A stretch of DNA of 61,314 nucleotides from an uncultured Verrucomicrobiota bacterium (GTDB lineage: Bacteria; Verrucomicrobiota; Verrucomicrobiia; Palsa-1439): NCBI GenBank assembly GCA_964566575.1, contig CAZMKD010000237.1:1-61314 (forward strand), given 5' to 3'. Numbering within the stretch: the first letter of the stretch is position 1; every line of letters begins with the position of its first letter. Both the position numbers and the translations under genes were made by a program. Shown here piece by piece: positions 1-6,746 of the stretch. The notes beneath the pieces were generated by a model. That model was not told the DNA's origin. It worked only from the letters and a program-made list of their open reading frames with translations, and did not search any database.

Positions 1-31
1 CAGGACTCCGACCCAACACCAACACGCAACC

Positions 32-60
32 TTGACAGAAAGATTCCACTTTCTTATGAA
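32..60 (+). promoter_or_regulatory. sigma70-like promoter with internal operator palindrome
   Basis: TTGACA(32-37)-N17-TATGAA(55-60); AGAAAG(37-42)/CTTTCT(49-54) inverted repeat in the spacer. Confidence 0.5.
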
Positions 61-357
61 CACAACTGCCAGCGTCGCTGCGCTCCGATGGGTGGAAACA
101 TAAAAGCGAAATCACTGGTAACTTTCACCGAAATCCGCACTCAGGAACATGAGGAATTCAGATGTTGCTCCCAACAGCCGTGTAATTTACGGTCGCCCGT
201 ACGAAGCCAATCTGGTGAATGCGTTTGGCGGGCCGGTTGGCGACACGGCATACTGTCTGGTAGGAATCCGAATCGACATCAAGGGATACCCCCTTTGGTG
301 AGTCCCCCGCAGTAATCGGCGCGTTGGCAGACAGCCGGAGCGCGCACGTGGCCGTCG

Positions 358-519
358 CTAAATCATCAGCAACACCGGCTCGTCGCGCACCAATTCCCGC
401 ACCACGGCGCGCCGCACGTATTCTGCCACGGTGAGTTTGTGGCCACGCACCCGTGCCTTCACTTGCTGGTGGATTGGCTTCGAGAGATTACACCGCACTT
501 GTGGAGATCGCGCTTTCAT
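358..519 (-). CDS. ribbon-helix-helix (CopG/Arc-like) DNA-binding protein, 53 aa; not in ORF track
   Basis: Hand translation MKARSPQVRCNLSKPIHQQVKARVRGHKLTVAEYVRRAVVRELVRDEPVLLMI; strand-helix-turn-helix pattern with TVAEYVRRAV. Confidence 0.65.
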   Translation of the reverse strand: MKARSPQVRCNLSKPIHQQVKARVRGHKLTVAEYVRRAVVRELVRDEPVLLMI

Positions 520-527
520 CACATCAT

Positions 528-821
528 CTATGGTTTGCTACCGATAATCCTCCGTGCCAAGTTTGCTTCTTCAATGCGTTTGGCACGGCGGAACTCTTCG
601 TACCTAGGGGCAATCGCTTGTTGGAGAGTGTACCGCGATAAAGGGGTTCCCTGTCGGGCCTCGTCGAGAAGTTTGCAGAGTGCATTCAGCCGTGCCGCCT
701 TCTCAGTGAAGGGGCAATACTCAAATTCGTACCAAGCACGCTTAATCGGTTCGAGCAACTCCGGCTTCGCCACCAAAAACCTCCGCCAGAATCTGCGCGC
801 TGTGCGCAGATGACATGCCAC
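528..821 (-). CDS. small helical hypothetical protein (true start may be GTG at about 773, MAKPELL)
   Basis: ORF track; overlaps upstream ORF end in operon-like fashion. Confidence 0.5.
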   Translation of the reverse strand: MACHLRTARRFWRRFLVAKPELLEPIKRAWYEFEYCPFTEKAARLNALCKLLDEARQGTPLSRYTLQQAIAPRYEEFRRAKRIEEANLARRIIGSKP

Positions 822-1200
822 CGTACCGGGTTAGGTGCTTCACGCGAAGTTCCTCGACTACGGCATCAAAATTCGCGGGATTCAAACCAACTGCTTTTAG
901 GTGGGTGTCTTCGATGCGTTTGAGTTGGAGTGAAAGCATTCCGCCCAATCCCATCAGTGCTTCCAACAGAGGCCGGTAGTACGAGGGGATACTCCCCGGT
1001 GTCTGCAAATTCAACATTCGCTCTTCGGCAGTGGAGAACAGGCGAACGGCGGAGAGCCAAAAACCAACTTGTGTGAATGTGTTGTCACGAATCGATTCCT
1101 CGTTTACCTCACGGATTAATTCGTTTACAGCCGCCCAATCGCCGGGTGTGATGTCTAGAGGCAAGTTCTGCTGGTGTGGATTTTGTTCTAGCTGGCTCAT
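742..1200 (-). CDS. hypothetical protein, 152 aa
   Basis: ORF with GAGAGGA RBS and an upstream promoter. Confidence 0.65.
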   Translation of the reverse strand: MSQLEQNPHQQNLPLDITPGDWAAVNELIREVNEESIRDNTFTQVGFWLSAVRLFSTAEERMLNLQTPGSIPSYYRPLLEALMGLGGMLSLQLKRIEDTHLKAVGLNPANFDAVVEELRVKHLTRYGGMSSAHSAQILAEVFGGEAGVARTD

Positions 1201-1243
1201 CCCGATCCTCTCTCACTGCGTTGTCGCCGCAATTCGATATTGA

Positions 1244-1272
1244 AATCTACGCTTCGCTACCGATGTTGACAA
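1244..1272 (-). promoter_or_regulatory. sigma70 promoter of the 742-1200 gene
   Basis: Minus strand TTGTCA-N17-TAGATT. Confidence 0.6.
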
Positions 1273-1383
1273 GCTCTAATGCCAACGTGCTCATTCTCAT
1301 GTAACCATTAACAGCAGACATTGAGCCAATGCACTTGGGAGATCGCGCTTTCATCGGGAGCATCGGGAAAAACGGGGTGGCGA

Positions 1384-1761
1384 TCATTGTAACCCCATCG
1401 AGTCTATAAAATGCTGTTTCTGTGCTGTTGCTGAAGGATCTTCAGCAACACTATAATGGGTGGTTGTTTCCGTGATTACCCATCGACCGCCCTGATAGAC
1501 AAGTGATGATGTCAGGCGCGCGTTCCCCTCTTTATCCAGCAACCGTATCGTGCCGACAAACGGGGACACCAAGGAGTTTACCTCGTGTGCGGAGTACCAG
1601 ACGGTGCAGCAGTTGGAATATTCCGCCCGCACCCTTTCGACACACTGCTCCAGTTCGGCTGTCGCCCTTTTCTTCACTTCAAACGGCCCCTCCTTCTGAC
1701 GGCAGCCCGTCACCAGCAGTGACGCGAGGACAATGGCTTTCAGCAGCGGTGTCGTAATCAT
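1384..1761 (-). CDS. putative lipoprotein, 125 aa
   Basis: MITTPLLKAIVLASLLVTG-C lipobox; start moved from 1881 to 1761. Confidence 0.6.
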   Translation of the reverse strand: MITTPLLKAIVLASLLVTGCRQKEGPFEVKKRATAELEQCVERVRAEYSNCCTVWYSAHEVNSLVSPFVGTIRLLDKEGNARLTSSLVYQGGRWVITETTTHYSVAEDPSATAQKQHFIDSMGLQ

Positions 1762-1882
1762 GCGCGGTATTCTAAGGTTGGATGGGTTGCGTTGGCGATC
1801 TCCCGTGAATCGGTAACGGTTGCGCTTAACTGGATGCCGGTGCCCGTCTGGTGAGCGGACATGGTTTTCAAACTCGATCAAT

Positions 1883-1943
1883 GGCGGAGGTGCTCTCTAC
1901 CGAACCTGACATCAAAAGCCGACGGCGTAGGAGACTCCCTACC
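1883..1943. repeat. degenerate GTAG-type REP-like repeats
   Basis: Two CTACC-terminated units (GGTAGAG/GGTAGGG on minus), similar ends to the 22877-22948 element. Confidence 0.3.
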
Positions 1944-2256
1944 GGGCGGGGGCTACAAGGCAGGCAGGGCAGACGATTCGACGCGGGCTAATTCGTTGCA
2001 CACCGCCCGGCGCACGTAGGCTGCCACCGGCACGCCGAGCCGACGGGCACGGGCTTGAACAAGTCGCAGGACTGGCTTGGGCAGGCTGGCTTTGATCTGA
2101 GACGGGCAAGGGCGTTTCGTCATGCTCGGTTGATAGCACCGGCAGAGACGGCAATCAAGGCACTCTCTTTTTCAGATTTTGCGCAACCCGACGCCGACGT
2201 GTAGCACCGTCCGCTGACGATTGTACCCGCCCCCTATCGTGTTGCCGGGAGTACCG

Positions 2257-2326
2257 ACTTATCAAGCGCACTTGTAAAGTCTCACCCCGAAATGCCCTTG
2301 ATAAGTGCCGATTAGACTTGATAGGT
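2257..2326. repeat. three 10-bp CTTGATA(A/G)GT motifs beside tRNA 3' end
   Basis: ACTTATCAAG 2257-2266 inverted to CTTGATAAGT 2297-2306; CTTGATAGGT 2317-2326. Confidence 0.6.
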
Positions 2327-2370
2327 GGGGAAGCTGGTAGTATAAAAACCACCAGATTCCTTAAGAAAAT

Positions 2371-2445
2371 TGGCTCCGCAGGTAGGACTCGAACCTACAA
2401 CCCGCGCATTAACAGTGCGCTGCTCCACCATTGAGCTACTGCGGA
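2371..2445 (-). tRNA. tRNA-Asn(GTT)
   Basis: Cloverleaf: acceptor TCCGCAG/CTGCGGA, anticodon arm GCGCA-CTGTTAA-TGCGC, GTTCGAG T-loop, encoded CCA. Confidence 0.97.
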
Positions 2446-2462
2446 ACCGAAAGTGGACGGCT

Positions 2463-3074
2463 CTATATAGTCAGAACGCCGAGTTTCGTCAACTCCCGCC
2501 GCACTTGCTCCGCGCTCTCGAATTGAATCGCTTGCATCCCTACCGCACGCGCGCCATCGACGTTGGCCTGCAGGTCGTCAATGAACAGCGTGCGCTCCGC
2601 CTCCAGACCGCATTGGCGAAGCGTGAGTTCAAAAATCGCGGGATCAGGCTTCAGCAGACCAACCTCGTGAGAAAGAACCTGCGCGTCGAATTCCTGAAAC
2701 AGCGGGAAATGCTCGTGGATATATTGCATGTGAATCGCATTCGTGTTCGAGAGCGCCACGCGCGATAAACGCGTCGCCAACTGTGCCGCCAATTCCATCA
2801 TCGGCTCGATCGGCGTCAGCCCCTCATTCCAACAAGCAGCAAACTCCTTGAAGCTGCCGGGAAATCCCAAATCGCCTGCCACCGCCCGGTAAAACCCGCG
2901 CGGCGTTATCCTGCCAAGCGCCAACTCGGTCACATGCGGCGCGCTATGAATGTAGCGCTCAATCTCCGCCGGTGTTTTGCCGGTGCGTGCGGCGAAACTG
3001 CGCAGCACCAGTGCTTCGTCGTAGCGAATGAGCACGTTGCCGATGTCGAACACGATCGCGTGCAGACATTTCAC
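2463..3074 (-). CDS. HAD-family phosphatase (YihX-like)
   Basis: FDIGNV, LSNTN, KPDPAIF and FIDD motifs. Confidence 0.9.
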   Translation of the reverse strand: MKCLHAIVFDIGNVLIRYDEALVLRSFAARTGKTPAEIERYIHSAPHVTELALGRITPRGFYRAVAGDLGFPGSFKEFAACWNEGLTPIEPMMELAAQLATRLSRVALSNTNAIHMQYIHEHFPLFQEFDAQVLSHEVGLLKPDPAIFELTLRQCGLEAERTLFIDDLQANVDGARAVGMQAIQFESAEQVRRELTKLGVLTI

Positions 3075-3634
3075 AACTTCGCCATCAACCGTTCCACCGC
3101 CTCGTTCGCTTCCCGCATCGTGCGCCCCAACGCCACGAACCCGTGATGGCGCATGATGACAACGGCGTGACCGCTCAACACATCCAACACTTCATCCGCC
3201 ATCGCCGGTGTGCCGTACGGACGTTCGCGACGGGTCACCGGCAAGTCGAGTCTGCCAGCGGCTTCAAGCAACGCGTTGCTGTGACCGTGAAACACCGCGC
3301 CGATTCCAGGCCGCGCCTTGTAAATCGCCGCATGCATCAAACTTTCGCTCGATGGCTGATGCCGGCCCGCCACCGTCAACGTTGGCGGCGCGAACGCGGT
3401 CGTGACCACCTCGACCGAATCCGCCGCGTTCAACTTCCTCGGATCGCTGCCGGTCGGCGTGATGATGAAGCCGGTCTCGCTGCGAAAACTCAGGTTGCCC
3501 ATCGCCGTGCCGATCCAACCGGCCGCCGCCCAACGCCGGCACCACTCGAGAAACTCTGCGGTGCCGGGGTGCGCCGTCGGCTCACCGCGCACGAACTCGG
3601 TCCGGAACTTTGTGCCGATGTAGACCTCAGCCAC
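3071..3634 (-). CDS. class II aldolase/adducin family protein (FucA/Ald2-like)
   Basis: GNLSFR, ITPTG, PSSE..MH..IY.ARP, HGHS, HHG motifs. Confidence 0.85.
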   Translation of the reverse strand: MAEVYIGTKFRTEFVRGEPTAHPGTAEFLEWCRRWAAAGWIGTAMGNLSFRSETGFIITPTGSDPRKLNAADSVEVVTTAFAPPTLTVAGRHQPSSESLMHAAIYKARPGIGAVFHGHSNALLEAAGRLDLPVTRRERPYGTPAMADEVLDVLSGHAVVIMRHHGFVALGRTMREANEAVERLMAKL

Positions 3635-4613
3635 GCCCGAAGACCTTTCTCAATTCGCCCGGCTTCACAATCCCCCGCTCGGTGATGATGCCGGTAATGT
3701 ATTTGGCCGGCGTCACATCAAAGGCGGGGTTGCCGGCCTGCGCGCCGCGGGGCGTGACGCGTGTGTTGCCGACGAAATGCACTTCGTCTTCGTCGCGTTC
3801 CTCGATCGGAACATCGTCGCCGCTCCGGCACTGCAAGTCGATCGTCGAACTCGGCGCAGCCACGTAAAACGGAATGCCGTTTTCTTTCGCGACCACAGCT
3901 TTCTGATACGTGCCGATCTTGTTGGCAACATCGCCGTTTGCCGCGATCCGGTCGGCGCCCACGATACACAAATCCACTTCGCCGCGCCGCATATAGAAAC
4001 CGCCGGCATTGTCAGCGATGACCTTGTGCGGCACGCCTTCCTGCATAAACTCCCAACTTGTCAGATTCGCGCCCTGATTGCGCGGCCGCGTTTCATCCAC
4101 CCACACGAATACCTTCCGCTTCTTGCGATGTGCGAGGTAAATCGGCGCGGTCGCGCTGCCCCAATCCACGATGGCAAGCCAACCGGCATTGCAATGCGTC
4201 AGCGCTCGGCAACCATTCTTGATCAGCGGCAACCCGGCCTCACTGATCTTGCGCATCCGTTCGACGTACTCATCCGCAATGTGTTCGGCTTCGGCGACCG
4301 GGTCGTCGAGATGTTGCATCACCCGGTCGAGGGCATGTTTGAGATCGGCGGCTGTCGGGCGCGTGCGGAGCAGCGTCCGGTAGGCTCGCCGAAGATCAAC
4401 GCCCTCAAGACACGCTTGTGCCAACCCATACGCCGCCGTCGCGCCGATTGTGCCGGCGCCGCGAATCATCATGCTCTGGATGGCGTGTGCGGTCTGACGG
4501 TGGTTCGTCAATCGCCGCAACGCAAACTTGTGCGGCAGCAACGGTTGGTTGATCACGATCACATCGCGGCCTTCCATCCAAACCGCCCGGTAATTCTTGC
4601 CACGCACCTTCAC
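3627..4613 (-). CDS. mtnA: S-methyl-5-thioribose-1-phosphate isomerase
   Basis: IRGAGTIG, THCNAGWLA, DETRP..QG..LT, GADRIAANGDVANKIGTY. Confidence 0.95.
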   Translation of the reverse strand: MKVRGKNYRAVWMEGRDVIVINQPLLPHKFALRRLTNHRQTAHAIQSMMIRGAGTIGATAAYGLAQACLEGVDLRRAYRTLLRTRPTAADLKHALDRVMQHLDDPVAEAEHIADEYVERMRKISEAGLPLIKNGCRALTHCNAGWLAIVDWGSATAPIYLAHRKKRKVFVWVDETRPRNQGANLTSWEFMQEGVPHKVIADNAGGFYMRRGEVDLCIVGADRIAANGDVANKIGTYQKAVVAKENGIPFYVAAPSSTIDLQCRSGDDVPIEERDEDEVHFVGNTRVTPRGAQAGNPAFDVTPAKYITGIITERGIVKPGELRKVFGRG

Positions 4614-4621
4614 AGGCAGTC

Positions 4622-4650
4622 ATGCTAACGTCGCGCGCGCGCGCCGACAA
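4622..4650 (-). promoter_or_regulatory. mtnA promoter, near-leaderless
   Basis: TTGTCG-N17-TAGCAT, 8 nt before GTG. Confidence 0.55.
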
Positions 4651-4791
4651 GCCCGTTCAATCGTCCGGGGGATGTCGTACCTAAGTAAACAATCACGCCG
4701 CGCGAACGCGGCTTCCCGGCCTGGGAACTCCCCTGCGGTCGCCCCAGCGCTCATTCCCGGGCGGGACCGAAGACACCCAAAATATCGGTTT

Positions 4792-4820
4792 GCAAAACCC
4801 TTGCTCAGTAAGGCTTTTGC
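4792..4820. repeat. 11-7-11 imperfect palindrome
   Basis: GCAAAACCCTT-GCTCAGT-AAGGCTTTTGC; outer TATCGGT(4783-4789)/ACCGATA(4824-4830). Confidence 0.6.
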
Positions 4821-4944
4821 CGGACCGATATGCCGGCTCACAATCGCGGTTAACCGTCGTCCCTTGGCAGCTTTCCAACCAAACTCCAGTTTTGACTTTC
4901 GCTCCCGAGTAAGGCCGAATACTAATGATAGGCGACGAGAGACT

Positions 4945-5370
4945 ATGCCAGACCTAGGATTACAACCGGGAGAGAGAGTTGTTGAGTTGGCTGCGGTCGT
5001 GCGGACGGCAGCGATTGTGAGTGGTGCTGTTGCTGGAGTTGCTACCACGTGGCTGGTCAGACGGAGTTGGTGGTTTTCTCTAGCAGCTTTCGTCTTGGGC
5101 GCAGTCGCCGGTTTTGTCGTTAGTCAGTTCGTTTCGCGGCTGTACCGTTCAGCCGACGGCCAGACAGTAGTTGCAAGAGTCGGGAGCACTTCATTGCCCG
5201 CTACTATTCCGGCAGGCTTAGCTGGTGGTGTATCGGTCGCCTTGGTGGTCGGCATAGCCGTGATTCTGCTTTTGTCAGCGCAGAGCCGTGCGGTGCCGGT
5301 ACTCGGCACTTCGCTCGGCTGCGGGATTGTGCTCGGCATTATCTTCGCGTGCTTGGCATCGCTTGTATGA
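4945..5370 (+). CDS. membrane protein, integron cassette A
   Basis: Hydrophobic 141-aa ORF between GATAGGC (4927) and an attC site. Confidence 0.75.
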   Translation: MPDLGLQPGERVVELAAVVRTAAIVSGAVAGVATTWLVRRSWWFSLAAFVLGAVAGFVVSQFVSRLYRSADGQTVVARVGSTSLPATIPAGLAGGVSVALVVGIAVILLLSAQSRAVPVLGTSLGCGIVLGIIFACLASLV

Positions 5371-5377
5371 GTGCAGA

Positions 5378-5482
5378 GCCTATCCATGCAGTCGAGCGAA
5401 CCGTGAGCCAGCCGACCGGCCGGGTTGCCGGCGGCGGCGTCAGGGGCGGCTGGCTCGCGTTCGCTCACTTTTATCGTTAGGA
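5378..5482 (+). mobile_element. attC site (cassette A)
   Basis: R'' GCCTATC, L'' TCGAGCGAAC, paired arms GAGCCAGCCG/CGGCTGGCTC, L' TTCGCTCA, R' GTTAGGA; extrahelical bases. Confidence 0.85.
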
Positions 5483-5489
5483 AGCATCT

Positions 5490-5861
5490 ATGAACACACG
5501 CGAACTTTGGTCACGCATTCTGATCACTGTTGGCGGGATCGCCATGCTGGTCGGAGCTCTTGATCCGCTGGAAGGATCGCTAGTTATTCTTCCCGGCAGC
5601 GCCGTCGTGACGCTCGGCACATTCCTAAGCAACGGTAGACGCGGGTTGCTCATTTACTGGATATGGATTTTCATCCTGATAGCAGCCGGGGTGGGCGCGA
5701 TGTTTGCGTTGAGCGCGTTCGGAGGTATTGGCGGACGTAGCGGGCATTCAGTGTGGTGGGGGCTGCTGATCGTGCCTTATCCCGTTGGTTGGATTATGGG
5801 AATCGTCAGTCTCGTGTCTAGGCTGATCGGAACCGTTCGAAACCGCCATGCCGCTTCCTAA
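5490..5861 (+). CDS. membrane protein, integron cassette B
   Basis: 123-aa multi-TM ORF whose TAA stop lies inside the attC R'' box. Confidence 0.8.
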   Translation: MNTRELWSRILITVGGIAMLVGALDPLEGSLVILPGSAVVTLGTFLSNGRRGLLIYWIWIFILIAAGVGAMFALSAFGGIGGRSGHSVWWGLLIVPYPVGWIMGIVSLVSRLIGTVRNRHAAS

Positions 5862-5915
5862 CCATCCGCTGGAGGCAACGCGGCTTCGCCGCGTGCCTCA
5901 GCTTGAGCGTAAGCT
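5856..5915 (+). mobile_element. attC site (cassette B)
   Basis: TCCTAAC-CATCCGC-TGGAGGCAACGCGG-CTTCG-CCGCGTGCCTCA-GCTTGAGC-GTAAGCT; GCTTCCTAAC complements GTTAGGAAGC at 5476. Confidence 0.85.
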
Positions 5916-6032
5916 GAATGCGGCCGGTGCAGCACGGCGCCTCGAAAAAGTTTTGGGAATAACCGCAGTCGGGATCTTTCGTCAATAACCGGCCGGTAAT
6001 TGGATTTCCATGAACGCCGCGTAGCGCTCGGA

Positions 6033-6746
6033 TCATCGATTCACGTGCCCATACGATTCGAGCACCTCGCCATGTTTGCGCACAAACAATGGTTCCGTGA
6101 AGAACATTCGGAAACACTCGCGCAACGTCACCGGCGGACTGACCAGTTGAACCTTGCCTTGCCGGATCGCACGGAAGATGGACGCTTGCGTCGGTTCGGC
6201 GTCCACCAGTGTGTAGTGCCGACCGAACATCCAGAGGTTGTGCGCGTCGGAGTTGGCGATGATTGTCTTGCCGTGTTTGCGCGCGATGGCAACGGCGCGT
6301 CGGTTGAAGAGGTCGAACCATCGCAGATGAATCTGCGCATACTCGACGGCATCGAATACATCGATGTAGCGCTCGAACTCCGGCCCGAGGCTGTGTCCTT
6401 TCGGATACAATGGATGCGGGGCGACCACGAGCAGGTCGTCGCCGCGCTCGCGCTTGTAGGCGCGCAAGTCGTCGAAGCTCTGGAGCCGGTTGGCGTCGCG
6501 TTGCCTGATGTTGTAGAGCAACACGTCGCGCCCGTTGATGTTCCATTCGACGGCGCGGATGAAGAGCAAACCCTTCTGCCGCGCGTAGTCGAAGACGCGC
6601 TCGTCCTCGATCACTTTCTCGTGCAACGTGACCGCAATGGCGGCGTAGCCGAGCTCCACCGCCTTGTCGATCAACTGCACCGCCGTGTAGCGCAGTCCGT
6701 CGTGCGGGTCTTCGCCGGAGTGCATGTGGAGGTCGACCTTGATCAC
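6033..6746 (-). CDS. PHP-domain phosphoesterase
   Basis: VDLHMH, H..VE, VAPHP, ANSDAH motifs; GTG start overlaps addA stop. Confidence 0.85.
   Translation of the reverse strand: MIKVDLHMHSGEDPHDGLRYTAVQLIDKAVELGYAAIAVTLHEKVIEDERVFDYARQKGLLFIRAVEWNINGRDVLLYNIRQRDANRLQSFDDLRAYKRERGDDLLVVAPHPLYPKGHSLGPEFERYIDVFDAVEYAQIHLRWFDLFNRRAVAIARKHGKTIIANSDAHNLWMFGRHYTLVDAEPTQASIFRAIRQGKVQLVSPPVTLRECFRMFFTEPLFVRKHGEVLESYGHVNR

Larger units (their letters stand above)
495..1355. repeat. 25/26-bp direct repeat pair (495-520, 1331-1355)
   Basis: GCACTTGTGGAGATCGCGCTTTCATC vs GCACTTG-GGAGATCGCGCTTTCATC. Confidence 0.85.

Noticed and set aside
88-315. 75-aa plus-strand ORF
   Set aside because: No RBS or recognisable motif; composition not protein-like
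202-482. 11-bp inverted repeat CGAAGCCAATC/GATTGGCTTCG
   Set aside because: Does not extend, and one such match is roughly expected by chance in 2.4 kb
4632-4644. Alternating (CG)n run as a Z-DNA element
   Set aside because: Short, in a high-GC genome, and simply fills the mtnA promoter spacer
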